Shown: in pieces, positions 42,141 to 52,766 of the stretch
How positions within the stretch are numbered: the first letter of the stretch is position 1
Layout: every line of letters begins with the position of its first letter
DNA from: Candidatus Krumholzibacteriia bacterium
GTDB lineage: Bacteria > Krumholzibacteriota > Krumholzibacteriia > Krumholzibacteriales > Krumholzibacteriaceae
Direction: 5' to 3'
NCBI GenBank assembly: GCA_963836185.1
Contig: CAWIIQ010000001.1
Location: forward strand, 864,001 to 928,000
DNA: 64,000 nt
Notes under the pieces: model-generated
What the model was told of the DNA's origin: nothing
What the model saw: the letters and a program-made list of their open reading frames with translations, nothing else
Databases searched by the model: none
Program-made: the position numbers and the translations under genes

Positions 42141-43814
42141 ATGTCCGTGGTGATGCTGAGCAGTGAAAACAGACAGCTATTTGGCGAACAGGTCAACGAC
42201 CACATCGCCAAGCTAAACGATCTGATGGGACTGGCCTGCGGACAGCCGCTGGACAGGACCCCCGTCGAGAAGGCCTGCTTTGCGGGAAGGCTTCTCGAGG
42301 GCAGCACGCGGATGCTAGGTCTCGATGAATGGTGCCGGGCACTGGAGTTGTTCAGGACCCTTCTGGAGAGATCTCTTGCCTCCGGAAGGCACTGGGACGA
42401 GCAGGTGTCACAGATCGTATCAGAAATACTGGAGACCGAAGAAGTCACGGTCTCCGAGTTAGCCGCCATGGAAGAGGGAGAGATCGACCTCACGCATTTC
42501 GGAGGGCTTCAGCAGGAAATAGAGCTGATCCTTTCGGAACCGTTCGAGGGTGTCGATGAGCCATCTTCAGAACCGGGCGTCCGGCTCGAGAAAGATCCCG
42601 GCGATGAGGAAGAGATCCTTTTCGAGATGCCCGCGCGGGAAAACAGCGCCGATGAACCAGCGCCGCGCAGGAATGAATTCGAATCCAGAGAATCGATGCC
42701 CGGCGAGAGAGACGGATTCGCGACGATAACGAGACTGCAGAATTCTCTGAAAAAGATCGACGTCAGGCTTGAGGAATGTCTCAGTGACGGGAACAGGGGG
42801 GACGCAGCGGTAAGGGACCTCGAGCTCGCTATAGGTGAGAGCGAGTTCTTCATGGCCATGCTCGGGAGTATGCTGAGCAGGCTTGGAGATAATCGCAAGA
42901 CATTCAGGTCAAAGGTATCCAGTTCGACCGTGATGGACGGCCTCAGGGATTTTATAGGTGTCCAGAGCAGGATGAGGAACTGGAAAACAGAGCTGAGGAC
43001 AAGGACCGATGACTTTTCACTCGAGAGGGAGGCCGCGACCGATCTCGCAGTGATCCTCGAAAACTGCGTGTTCGATATCTGCAGGATGAGTGAACGTGAC
43101 AGCAGAAGAGATGTAAGTGTGAAGATCGATGTGTCGAGCGAAGGCTCGTATCTGACCGCAAAGGTGTTCGATGACGCGAGTAACTATCTCAGTGATTCAG
43201 AGATAGACAGGGACGACGCCATGGCGTTCTACCATGGCCTGCTTCAGGCCAGGGGGCTTCTCAGGAAATGGGGAGCGCTGCTGTGGGTAGAGCCGTGTGA
43301 AGGAAGCGAGGACCGCTTCAGGTTCACCTTCCCCCGCACATCTGTGATCACCGACTATCATCTGATAGATTCGGCCGGCATAACAGTTGCTGTTCCGAAA
43401 CACGGAGTAGATGGCGTCATAGATCTGTCACACGCACGTATTGACAGCGACCAGGGAGGCAGGTCCGTCATGTACGGCGGCTCGCGTATCCCTGTCTGCA
43501 GGATAGACGAACTTGCGGCCGATGAGCTTGATGTCGGTTCCGAGGGCGACCACGTAGTGGTACTCGGACTGGCGGAAAAGAGGATCGGCATCCTGTCCGA
43601 CGGACCCGGCCGGAAGGTCGAGGGCCTTATCGAACAGGTAACGGAGAACGGCTGGGCGTCACTGTCCAGGCGTCTTCTCCACATCGGGGAACGGGAATTC
43701 CCTGTACTGGATTTCCAGCTTGTGCTCGATCGATATGGCTGGATCCTGGGTCTTGATGATGAGGCTGGGGAGCCCGGATCATGGGTGGATGAGGTTGCGG
43801 AAGTAAATCAGTAG
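42141..43814 (+). CDS. Degenerate CheA-like protein (Hpt-like, HATPase-like and CheW-like domains)
   Basis: FAGRLLEGSTRMLGL Hpt-like region, RFRFTFP, C-terminal CheW-like IPVCRI..PVLD. Confidence 0.65.
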   Translation: MSVVMLSSENRQLFGEQVNDHIAKLNDLMGLACGQPLDRTPVEKACFAGRLLEGSTRMLGLDEWCRALELFRTLLERSLASGRHWDEQVSQIVSEILETEEVTVSELAAMEEGEIDLTHFGGLQQEIELILSEPFEGVDEPSSEPGVRLEKDPGDEEEILFEMPARENSADEPAPRRNEFESRESMPGERDGFATITRLQNSLKKIDVRLEECLSDGNRGDAAVRDLELAIGESEFFMAMLGSMLSRLGDNRKTFRSKVSSSTVMDGLRDFIGVQSRMRNWKTELRTRTDDFSLEREAATDLAVILENCVFDICRMSERDSRRDVSVKIDVSSEGSYLTAKVFDDASNYLSDSEIDRDDAMAFYHGLLQARGLLRKWGALLWVEPCEGSEDRFRFTFPRTSVITDYHLIDSAGITVAVPKHGVDGVIDLSHARIDSDQGGRSVMYGGSRIPVCRIDELAADELDVGSEGDHVVVLGLAEKRIGILSDGPGRKVEGLIEQVTENGWASLSRRLLHIGEREFPVLDFQLVLDRYGWILGLDDEAGEPGSWVDEVAEVNQ

Positions 43815-43910
43815 ACGGTTTCGCGTGCCCGGACGCGTGCAAGTATAGAATGAAACGGTTCCGGCGTTCTCTGCCGCTGGTTCCAGTTCACCAAGCGTAG
43901 AGAGGTTGTC

Positions 43911-44153
43911 ATGGTTAAACAGCACCACAGGGACTACGGCAGCATCATAATCGGCGGCAACGACGACGCCACCGAAGTCATGACATCCGTCGAGGCGGCG
44001 GAGTATCTCAAGATGCACGTCAAGACAGTATGCCGTCTCGCGAAGGAAAAAAAGATTCCCGCGAAGAAGGTTGGAAGCGAATGGCGCTTCCTGAGGAGCG
44101 TTCTGGACAGATGGCTCGCTCAGGAAGAAGAGGTGGTATTAACCGCGGATTAA
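43911..44153 (+). CDS. Excisionase-like HTH_17 DNA-binding protein
   Basis: MT..EAAEYLK.H..TV.RL....IPAKKVG.EWRF. Confidence 0.85.
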   Translation: MVKQHHRDYGSIIIGGNDDATEVMTSVEAAEYLKMHVKTVCRLAKEKKIPAKKVGSEWRFLRSVLDRWLAQEEEVVLTAD

Positions 44154-44174
44154 CATCAGGGCGGGAGCGGCTAG

Positions 44175-46028
44175 ATGACAAGGACCAGATTCGAAAGACT
44201 CGAGATCGGAGGAGCCGACACGGCTGGATTCCAGATCTCGGGTAAGCTCGGATTCCACGAAAACGAGAAGATCGGACAACTGACCGAGGAATGCCTCAAG
44301 AGGGAGTTCAAGCAGGTCGTATTCGACTTTTCCGAGCTCACATCTCTTGGAGGCGGCGTGGCCAGGATTCTCCGGGGATTCGTCAAGGATCTCGCGGAGA
44401 CCGGCGGCAAGGTCACGTTTGTCGTGACCAGCAGTGTTGTGCTCGATTTTCTGCAGGATGCCGATACGAAGATCCACATCTGTTCCACGATGGAGGAAGC
44501 CATTCCGGGAGGCAAGGTATCTGTAGCGAAGGAAGAGATAAAAGAGGAGACCGAGGTCACAGCCGATCCTGCTGAAGACGTAAAAGCTGAAGAGGAAGCC
44601 GTCGGGGACAAGGAGGATGCCGGCAAGCAGGAGGAGGTTTCTCCCGAGAGCGAGCCGGCCGGGCAGGACGGTGTCATTCTGATGGCTTATGATGACGGCG
44701 GCCAGCCGGAGGCGGACAATGCCAAAGATCGACCGGCCGTCGATGAACCGGCCGCGGCGGAGGCAGAGGAAAACTCTCAGCAGGAAGTCGCCCAGGAGGA
44801 TACGGGGCAAGAGGAAGAGATCATCTCCGAAATATTCGATTCAGGGGGACGGAGCGTCGATCCGCCCGAGTGGATCGATGATCCGGTATCTCCATTCAGT
44901 CTCGCCGATGAGATAGAGACAGAGGACGCCAAGGATCTCAACAAGAAACTCAAGAGGCGCATTCTCGAGCTCAAGACCCTGTTCTCCATCAGCGCCGATT
45001 TCAACTCGATCAGGGAGCGGAAGAAACTTCTGGATATATTCCTGCTGACCTCGATAGCCCAGGGCGGAGTCGAATCCGCTGTTTTCTACGAAAAGAAAGA
45101 CGGCGTATTCCAGCCCAGGATAGCCAAGGGTATAGATGAGGAGAAACTTTCCCCTATCGAACTGAGCGATAACGAAAGAGAGCGGATCAACTGGGGACGG
45201 GACGTGTTCGAAATCGCCAGCATGGAATTCAACGACAAGACGAAGAAGAACTTGAGCGATGCGGGGCTGGAGTATGTATGTCCCTTCAACCAGGGCGAGG
45301 ATATGGCCGGACTGATATTCCTCGGCAAGAGGCTGGCCGGCAGGGGGATGCAGAAGGAAGATTTCGAGTTCATGAAGATCCTCGTGAACCTCGCGAAGGG
45401 GGCTTACAGCAATGCCCTTATGTTCGAAAGGGAGAATGAGAGGACACTCGGGATAGTCAAGACACTGATATCACTCATAGAAGAAAACACGATGCTCAAA
45501 GGTACATCCGAGATCGTGTCCCGCTACGTGGGTATGCTCGCGAAGAATATGGATTACCCGGAAGAGAACTTCAAGGATCTGATATATGGCACCGTTCTCA
45601 GGGACATGGGCATGGTAAAGGTCAGCGAACTTATTGTACGAAGCCCGAGAGAACTGTCCAAGGATGAATGGCAGATCATAAAGAGGCATCCCGAGGATGG
45701 GGCGGAGATGCTCAGACGCATGAAATTCAACAGTCATGTTGTGGATGTCGTGTTGAGCCATCACGAACGGTTCAACGGTGAAGGCTATCCGCGCGGCTTG
45801 AGGGGAAAGGATATTCCCCTCGGAGCGAGGATAATCTCCGTTGTCGAGAGTTACGCGGCTATGATCAACGAAAGGCCCAACCGTCCACCCCTGTCAGCCA
45901 GGGAAGCGCTTGATACGCTTAAGGAAAATTACGGTCTTCGATACGATCGTGAGGTCGTCAACCAGTTCGCCGCCATCATGGAGAAGGAAATAGCAAAATC
46001 GGTCCAGCCCGTAGGCGCCGTTTCCTGA
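44175..46028 (+). CDS. STAS-like + GAF + degenerate HD-GYP protein
   Basis: N-terminal STAS-like region; HHERFNGEGYP present but HD reads RD (LRDMG) and GH reads GT. Confidence 0.8.
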   Translation: MTRTRFERLEIGGADTAGFQISGKLGFHENEKIGQLTEECLKREFKQVVFDFSELTSLGGGVARILRGFVKDLAETGGKVTFVVTSSVVLDFLQDADTKIHICSTMEEAIPGGKVSVAKEEIKEETEVTADPAEDVKAEEEAVGDKEDAGKQEEVSPESEPAGQDGVILMAYDDGGQPEADNAKDRPAVDEPAAAEAEENSQQEVAQEDTGQEEEIISEIFDSGGRSVDPPEWIDDPVSPFSLADEIETEDAKDLNKKLKRRILELKTLFSISADFNSIRERKKLLDIFLLTSIAQGGVESAVFYEKKDGVFQPRIAKGIDEEKLSPIELSDNERERINWGRDVFEIASMEFNDKTKKNLSDAGLEYVCPFNQGEDMAGLIFLGKRLAGRGMQKEDFEFMKILVNLAKGAYSNALMFERENERTLGIVKTLISLIEENTMLKGTSEIVSRYVGMLAKNMDYPEENFKDLIYGTVLRDMGMVKVSELIVRSPRELSKDEWQIIKRHPEDGAEMLRRMKFNSHVVDVVLSHHERFNGEGYPRGLRGKDIPLGARIISVVESYAAMINERPNRPPLSAREALDTLKENYGLRYDREVVNQFAAIMEKEIAKSVQPVGAVS

Positions 46029-46041
46029 GAGAGGCATTACG

Positions 46042-47592
46042 TTGAGCGGTAATATTCTCGTAGTCGACGACGATCCCAACGTGGTCGAAATAATCACCGA
46101 ATCGCTGAGGAGCAGAGGGTACAATACCGAGTATGCTATGGACGGCGAGTCGGCTCTGCGAAAATACGACGAATTCCTTCCAGATCTTGTAGTGCTCGAT
46201 GTGGTCCTTCCGAGAAAAGACGGGTTCGCCGTCTGTGATGAGATAAGGACACGTGACGTAAACCGCGACGTGCCCGTTATAATGATCTCCGGGAACGCCA
46301 TCCCTGACGACATGCTCGAAGGATTCAAGTCAGGGGCGCAGGACTATATAAAGAAACCTTTCTCCGTCAAGGAGATGATAGCGAAGGTCGATAACTTTCT
46401 TTCGCAGGCGAACAATCGAAGGGATCTGCGCGAGCAGAACGAGCATCTCGAGGATGAGATACAGAAGAACGTGGATGATCTTCAGCGTGTCAACAAGGAG
46501 CTGAAGAAAAAGGTCCTCGACCTGCGTTCTATCTTCGATCTGAGCCAGGACCTCAACAGGCTGCGTGATCCCGAAGAGTTGACGAATGTCTTCTTTCTCA
46601 CGATCGCCGGGCAGCTCGGAATCGGTTCGGTCTGTCTCTTCTTTGCGCCGAATGACGCTCAGAGCCATCTCTCTTACGCGGGGGGCAGGGGTATAAGGGA
46701 TTCCGTCCTCAGAGCCGTGAGGCTTTCCAGGGAGACGGGGATGAGCCATCTGCTCTTCACCGGCCAGGGGAAACTCGACCTGGGAAACGATGATGTGCCG
46801 GAAGAGGCGAAACGCGAGATCAAGTTCATGCGGGACCTGGGTTTTCTCTACTGTTATCCACTGATCGTAAAGTCTTCCCTGATAGGAATAGTGTTTCTGG
46901 GCAGCAAGGTCAGCGGGCTGGAATATTCAGCCAACGACTGGGATGTCTTCAAATCGATATGCAGTTCTTTCGCGACGGGTCTCGAGAACGCGAGACTCTA
47001 CTCCGAACTTCAGTCCACCTATCTCTCGACGATCAAGGTCCTCGTCTCGACGATCGAGGCAAAGGACTCGTATACGAGGGGTCACACGGAGAGAGTGGCG
47101 ATGTTCGCCAGGCTCATAGCCGAGGAGATGGGACTGGACAAGAAGGAGCTGGAGACGGTCAGCTTCGGCGCGGCCCTCCACGATATCGGAAAACTCGGTG
47201 TATACGAGGATATTCTGAATAAGCCGGGAGAGCTTACAGATGGTGAATGGGAAATCGTAAGGAGCCATCCGGAGGTCGGGGCAAACATCATCAAGAATAT
47301 GAAATTTCTCGAAGCTGCCTGTGATCTCGTAAGGCATCACCACGAACGTCTCGATGGCCGGGGATACCCCGACGGCCTGAAGGGCGAGCAGATATCGCTC
47401 GGGGCGAGGATCGTGGCTGTTGCCGACAGTTTCGACGCGATGACGAGCGACAGGCCTTACCGTATCGCTTTCGGATACAGGGACGCGCTCGAGCAGCTCA
47501 AGCTTCAGACCGACAAGTTCGACGTGGACGTCATCGAGCACCTTATCAGGCTGGTCGAAAGAGGCATGATCAGGGAACCGCGAAGAGACTAG
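46042..47592 (+). CDS. Receiver + GAF + HD-GYP cyclic dinucleotide phosphodiesterase
   Basis: Receiver domain; GHTERV, LHDIGK, HHERLDGRGYP and ADSFDAM all intact. Confidence 0.9.
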   Translation: MSGNILVVDDDPNVVEIITESLRSRGYNTEYAMDGESALRKYDEFLPDLVVLDVVLPRKDGFAVCDEIRTRDVNRDVPVIMISGNAIPDDMLEGFKSGAQDYIKKPFSVKEMIAKVDNFLSQANNRRDLREQNEHLEDEIQKNVDDLQRVNKELKKKVLDLRSIFDLSQDLNRLRDPEELTNVFFLTIAGQLGIGSVCLFFAPNDAQSHLSYAGGRGIRDSVLRAVRLSRETGMSHLLFTGQGKLDLGNDDVPEEAKREIKFMRDLGFLYCYPLIVKSSLIGIVFLGSKVSGLEYSANDWDVFKSICSSFATGLENARLYSELQSTYLSTIKVLVSTIEAKDSYTRGHTERVAMFARLIAEEMGLDKKELETVSFGAALHDIGKLGVYEDILNKPGELTDGEWEIVRSHPEVGANIIKNMKFLEAACDLVRHHHERLDGRGYPDGLKGEQISLGARIVAVADSFDAMTSDRPYRIAFGYRDALEQLKLQTDKFDVDVIEHLIRLVERGMIREPRRD

Positions 47593-47864
47593 ACACCGTC
47601 AAATCAGTTTCCATCACAGCAAATACACTCAGGCAGCGCGGTTACCCGTATGCCCCGTAAACAGCGGCTGCGCCTTTTACCTGTCCGGCAGGATCACGGT
47701 CATGCTGAAGTACGGCGTAACTGACATGTATGTCTGTGATTAGGTGGTGCAGTGCCGTCGGGCACCATCCTTGCCATCATACCCTGCCGGAACGGTCCTG
47801 AAGGAGAAGGGAGCGGAGGTCAGGGCGTGAAGACGTGTGTGGTGAGGCTTCCGCTCCCGTTCCG

Positions 47865-48641
47865 TCACGCGGCGGGAACGGTCTCCGCGGATTTTATTCC
47901 CAGTATGGCGACGAGCTCATTTCGCAGTGCGTTGAGGTCGAGTTTTCGCTTGAGCTTGCCCTCGCGTGCCAGCGAGATCGAGCCCGTCTCCTCGCTGACG
48001 ATGATCACGATAGCATCGGTCTCCTCGGAGAGTCCCAGGCCGGCCCTGTGCCTAGTTCCCAGCGCGCGGCCGATGCGGGGATTCTGGGAAAGGGGCAGTA
48101 TGCAGCCAGCCGCGATGATCCTGTCCTTTTCGACGATCACCGCGCCGTCGTGCAGGGGGCTGGGGGGTGTGAATATCGTCACGAGCAGTTCGCTCGAGAC
48201 CTTGGCGTCGAGTCTTGTGCCTGTCTCGATGTAGTTCTTCAGGCCTACATCTCTCTCAACGACGATTATAGCTCCGAGGCCTTTCTGCACGAGAAGCTGA
48301 CAGGCTTTCACCGTCTCCGATACGGTTCCGGTAGATTCCACCTTCAGGAACATGCCTATGATCCTGTTCTGTCCGAGCTGCGTCAGAGCTTTTCTGAGTT
48401 CGGGCTGGAACAGGATCACGAACGCTATCACCCATACGGTCTTCAGGCTGCTGAGAATCCAGTTGAGAGCGTTGAGATTGACCCACTGGGCGATGAACGA
48501 TACGATGATCAGCAGAAAGAGGCCGATGAACATCTGGATGGCCCTTGTGCCCTTGATGAGCATGAACAGCCTGTAGAAGAGAAAGGCGACGATCAGTATG
48601 TCGAGCATATCGATCGTGAGATTGAAATGAAAAGAGCTCAA
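47865..48641 (-). CDS. cdaA: Diadenylate cyclase
   Basis: Three TM segments, FQPELR, PLHDGA and GTRHRA. Confidence 0.95.
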   Translation of the reverse strand: MSSFHFNLTIDMLDILIVAFLFYRLFMLIKGTRAIQMFIGLFLLIIVSFIAQWVNLNALNWILSSLKTVWVIAFVILFQPELRKALTQLGQNRIIGMFLKVESTGTVSETVKACQLLVQKGLGAIIVVERDVGLKNYIETGTRLDAKVSSELLVTIFTPPSPLHDGAVIVEKDRIIAAGCILPLSQNPRIGRALGTRHRAGLGLSEETDAIVIIVSEETGSISLAREGKLKRKLDLNALRNELVAILGIKSAETVPAA

Positions 48642-49855
48642 AAGGAGCCGCCTTTCCCGTTGATAGCCTGCCAGACCTTAATATAATCAGCCGTTTCACT
48701 GACATCATGGACGCGCAGTATCTGGATACCCGCATCGAGGCAGATGCCCGCCGCGGCGAGTCCGCCCGGCAATCTTTCCCCTGGTCTGTCCCGTCCCGTG
48801 ATCGCCCCGATGAACGATTTGCGCGAATGCCCGACAAGAACAGGGTACCCGAGCGTATGGAGATCTCCGACGCGGCCGATGATCTCCAGGTTATCCTCCA
48901 ATCTTTTGCCGAATCCTATTCCCGGGTCAACGATTATTTTATCGCGGGCGACGCCTCCTTCGATGAGCCGGACAGCGGCTGACTCGAGCCAGGTGGATAT
49001 TTCGTCCGGGGCATCATCATAATACGGGTCGTCCTGCATCTTCTCCGGGCTCCCTTTCATATGCATTATGACGGCTGCGGCGCCTGTGTCCGCGGCCAGT
49101 CCGGTCATCCCGGGATCATGCGTGAAGCCGCTGATATCGTTGATGATCGATGCTCCGAGGCGGATAGCTTCCCGCGCTACCATGGAGTGGCGGGTATCGA
49201 TCGATATTACCGCGCCGGCGATGCCTGATATCTTCTCGAGAACCGGGGCGACGCGGTCGAGTTCCTCGGCAGGGTCGAGTTCCCCGGCCCCCGGCCTGCT
49301 CGATTCTCCGCCGATGTCGATTATCGACGCGCCCTCCTCGACCATCCGCGCACCCCTGTCCGCCGCCGCCGATGGGTCGGTAAAGAGGCCTCCATCGCTG
49401 AAGCTGTCAGGCGTCACATTCAGGATCCCCATTATCAGTGGAGCGCCTGTCAGGTCGAGCCGGCCCTGCGGAAGGCTGACGGCCTGCGGGGGAGAGGCTC
49501 TCAATCCCAGAAGCCTGACGATCTCAAGTCCTGCTTCGCCGAGGCCGAACGGCTGGCACGCCAGGTTACCCGCGAGTATCTCGAGCCTTTTAGCGTCAGA
49601 GATAAGGTAGGCGCATGATTCGCCGGGGCCGCCGCGGATGACTTCCCTGTGAACGGCAGCGTCTCCGCCCAACGACAGCAACTGCTGTTTTACGATATTA
49701 GCCGCCGCCGCGGAGAGGCCGCAGATCCGTATCACAACGGTCTCAGCTTTACGGGTCATGATATCAACACCGGCCGGATCTACACCTGCCCTGTGGAGGT
49801 GCCCGGCGAGCGTTGCCCTGCGGGTGGAAGAGATGAGGTGGAGCTTGTAACGCAT
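48638..49855 (-). CDS. folP: Dihydropteroate synthase with N-terminal extension
   Basis: MGILNVTPDSFSDGG, DPGIGFGK, SRKS and RVHDV. Confidence 0.95.
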   Translation of the reverse strand: MRYKLHLISSTRRATLAGHLHRAGVDPAGVDIMTRKAETVVIRICGLSAAAANIVKQQLLSLGGDAAVHREVIRGGPGESCAYLISDAKRLEILAGNLACQPFGLGEAGLEIVRLLGLRASPPQAVSLPQGRLDLTGAPLIMGILNVTPDSFSDGGLFTDPSAAADRGARMVEEGASIIDIGGESSRPGAGELDPAEELDRVAPVLEKISGIAGAVISIDTRHSMVAREAIRLGASIINDISGFTHDPGMTGLAADTGAAAVIMHMKGSPEKMQDDPYYDDAPDEISTWLESAAVRLIEGGVARDKIIVDPGIGFGKRLEDNLEIIGRVGDLHTLGYPVLVGHSRKSFIGAITGRDRPGERLPGGLAAAGICLDAGIQILRVHDVSETADYIKVWQAINGKGGSF

Positions 49856-49889
49856 CTGCCGCTGCCGCGCGCCCCTCCTTCCTGAGCGA

Positions 49890-51983
49890 TCAGGCTTTCG
49901 TGTCCGGATCCTCGTCCTTCGGATCGATATCCGAGAAAAGATCGGCCGGACCCGGTTCGTCCTTTATCGTATCTTCGGGTTCATCGATAGAGGGCGGTTC
50001 TTGGTCTGCCTCGGGCTCAGCGGGCTTAACGGGCGGCTCTGGCTTTTTCTGCTCCGGTTTCCTTTTCACGGGAGGGAGTGTGCCGCCGCTGAGGAGTATC
50101 TTTACATCCTCGCCGTCAAGGGTCTCGCGCTCGAGAAGAGCCTCGGCAACCGAGTGAAGCTCTTTTTCGTGCTCGGTCAGGATGCTGCGGGCCTTCTCGT
50201 AGCATTCCGATATGATCCTCTTTACCTCGAAGTCGATCTCCTGGGCCGTCTGCTCACTGTAGTCCCTGTGCGTGGATATCTCACGTCCGAGGAAGATCTG
50301 TTCTTCCCTCTTGCCGAACGCTATCGGGCCCAGCTTCTCGCTCATACCCCACTGCGTGACCATCTTCCGAGCGATGCCCGAGGAGGTCTTGATGTCTCCA
50401 TAGGCGCCGCTGCCGATCCTGCCGATGACGAGTTCCTCGGCGACCCTGCCGCCGAGAGCCATGGTGATCATGTCGAGGAGGTATTCCTTCGACTGGTAGA
50501 AATAATTGTCGTCGTCGGTGAGGAACGAGGTAAGGCCGCCCGCCCTTCCCCTTGATATGATCGTCACCTTGTGAAGAGGATCGGCGTCCTTGAGGTACGA
50601 ACCGACTACGGCGTGTCCGGCCTCGTGGTAGGCGGTCATCCGCCTTGTGTCTTCCTTGAATACGCGGCTTTTTCTCTCCGGTCCGAGGAATACCTTGTCT
50701 TTCGATTCCTCGAACTCGTCCATGTAGACCTTGTCCTTGTCCCGCCTCGCCGCCAGCAGCGCCGCCTCGTTGACGAGGTTGGCGAGGTCGGCTCCCGACA
50801 TCCCCGGTGTGCCCCTGGCGAGTATCTCGAGATCGACATCTTCCGCCATCGGTATATTTCTCGTATGGACCTTCAGGATGCCGAGCCTTCCCCTGACGTC
50901 CGGCATATCGACTATCACGCGACGGTCGAATCGCCCGGGCCTCAGCAGCGCCGGGTCGAGGACGTCGGGCCTGTTCGTCGCGGCAAGCAGGATGACTCCC
51001 TCGTTTGTCACGAATCCATCCATTTCGACCAGCAGCTGGTTGAGAGTCTGCTCGCGCTCGTCATGTCCTCCGCCCAGTCCCGCGCCCCTGTGGCGCCCGA
51101 CCGCGTCGAGCTCATCTATAAAGAGGATGCACGGTGCGTGCTTCTTGCCCTTGTCGAAGAGATCGCGTACACGGCTTGCGCCTACACCGACGAACATCTC
51201 GACGAAGTCCGATCCGCTCATGCTGAAGAACGGGACCCCCGCCTCGCCCGCGACGGCCCTGGCGAGCAGTGTCTTGCCCGTTCCGGGAGGGCCGAGCAGG
51301 ATGACGCCCTTCGGTATCCTGCCGCCGAGCTTCTGGAACTTCTTGGGATCCTTGAGGAACTCGATCACTTCCTGGAGTTCCTCCTTGGCTTCATCAGCGC
51401 CTGCGACGTCGTCAAAGGTGACGCGCGGCATATTGTTGTCCATCATCTTCGCCTTGCTCTTGCCGAACGAGAAGGCCTTGTTGCCGCCGCCCTGCATGTT
51501 GCGCATCAGTATCACCCAGAGGACAAGAAGCGCGATAAGGGGGAGAGCTGTGGCAAGCGCCTTCACCCATACGCTGCTTCCCGGATACTCCGCCTCGATC
51601 TGGGTATCAGGATTGCCTGCCCAGATGCGTTCCGCCAGCTGGGGGTCCTCGGCGGGCAGAATCGTCTTGAAATTCGTTATCGTTGTGCCATCACCGCCGG
51701 TCGGGATCGTTATAGGGGTTACGAGGATTCCGCGTACCTCGATCCCCTTGATCTTTACGCTGGCGATGTTGCCGTTATCCACTTCAGCGATGAACTGGCT
51801 GTAATCTATGGGCCATTCCCTCTCCTTGCTCGAGTTGAAGAGGAGGAAGGCGAGGAAGAACAGGATGATGACCATGACCCAGAGAGCCATCGATCTCGAC
51901 GGTTTCTGCTGTCCTGGTGACCCGCCCGGCGGGATCCATTTCTTCCTGGGATTCTGGTCACGGTTCTTGTCGTCACCGTTCAT
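49890..51983 (-). CDS. ftsH: ATP-dependent zinc metalloprotease FtsH
   Basis: Two TM segments, [23 protein letters not shown] and HEAGH; ATG 51983 after GGAG. Confidence 0.97.
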   Translation of the reverse strand: MNGDDKNRDQNPRKKWIPPGGSPGQQKPSRSMALWVMVIILFFLAFLLFNSSKEREWPIDYSQFIAEVDNGNIASVKIKGIEVRGILVTPITIPTGGDGTTITNFKTILPAEDPQLAERIWAGNPDTQIEAEYPGSSVWVKALATALPLIALLVLWVILMRNMQGGGNKAFSFGKSKAKMMDNNMPRVTFDDVAGADEAKEELQEVIEFLKDPKKFQKLGGRIPKGVILLGPPGTGKTLLARAVAGEAGVPFFSMSGSDFVEMFVGVGASRVRDLFDKGKKHAPCILFIDELDAVGRHRGAGLGGGHDEREQTLNQLLVEMDGFVTNEGVILLAATNRPDVLDPALLRPGRFDRRVIVDMPDVRGRLGILKVHTRNIPMAEDVDLEILARGTPGMSGADLANLVNEAALLAARRDKDKVYMDEFEESKDKVFLGPERKSRVFKEDTRRMTAYHEAGHAVVGSYLKDADPLHKVTIISRGRAGGLTSFLTDDDNYFYQSKEYLLDMITMALGGRVAEELVIGRIGSGAYGDIKTSSGIARKMVTQWGMSEKLGPIAFGKREEQIFLGREISTHRDYSEQTAQEIDFEVKRIISECYEKARSILTEHEKELHSVAEALLERETLDGEDVKILLSGGTLPPVKRKPEQKKPEPPVKPAEPEADQEPPSIDEPEDTIKDEPGPADLFSDIDPKDEDPDTKA

Positions 51984-52131
51984 ATTTTTGTTACTCCGTA
52001 GATTAATGGCTGTAACGGCCGGAAAGGGCAGAGCGTAATCTCTCCCTTCATGCGGCCGGTAAATCAGTCGCATCCAAGTTTCTGAAATCAAGATAAGCGA
52101 AAACCGGTTCTTTGTCCAACCTAATAACCCG

Positions 52132-52680
52132 TTACGAGTTAATGGTTTTTTTGATACCGGTGGTAAGCTCGGCTATGTAGGGGAGGTTACGGTACCGTTC
52201 CAGATAATCGAGTCCGTAACCCACTACGAAAACGTCAGGTATGGTGAATCCGATGTAGTCCACCTCTATGTTCACCTCACGTGCGTCGGGCTTGTCGAGC
52301 AGGGTGCAGATCCTGTGGCTGCGGGCGTTGTGGTCCTTCAGGGTCCTTATCAGACGGGAGAGGGTATGGCCGGTATCGACGATCTCGTCGATTATTATGA
52401 TATCGCGGTCCTCGATGAGGCTGCGGATATGGTTGATCACTCCGACGTCGGCGCTGCGCTTCATTCCGTTCTGGTAGCTGAAAAGAGTGATGAAATCGAT
52501 CTCGTGCGGTATGGAGAGATTGCGGGTCAGGTCGGCGGCGAAGATGAAAGCGCCCTTCAGGAGAACGATGAACAGCGGGCTTGAATCAGCGTAGTCGGCG
52601 GAGATGCGTTCTGCCATCTCACATACGCGGCGCTTGATATCTTCGGCTTCGATGAGCGTTTTGAATCCATGCTGTTCCAT
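52132..52680 (-). CDS. hpt: Hypoxanthine phosphoribosyltransferase
   Basis: LKGA..F.ADL, DEIVDTGHT and FVVGYGLDY..YRNLP. Confidence 0.95.
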   Translation of the reverse strand: MEQHGFKTLIEAEDIKRRVCEMAERISADYADSSPLFIVLLKGAFIFAADLTRNLSIPHEIDFITLFSYQNGMKRSADVGVINHIRSLIEDRDIIIIDEIVDTGHTLSRLIRTLKDHNARSHRICTLLDKPDAREVNIEVDYIGFTIPDVFVVGYGLDYLERYRNLPYIAELTTGIKKTINS

Positions 52681-52766
52681 CGCATCCCGTCTTCCGTAAA
52701 GGTCATCCAGACAATACTAGCACAACCGGCGGGATTTGACATTTAAATTCAGAGGAAAGAGACGGA

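Noticed and set aside
43911-44153. Excisionase marking a prophage or integrative element
   Set aside because: No integrase, att site or phage genes nearby; embedded in a signalling cluster
47593-47864. c-di-GMP/c-di-AMP riboswitch, glmS ribozyme or 6S RNA
   Set aside because: Consensus motifs not found by eye, and the region lies 3' of both flanking genes
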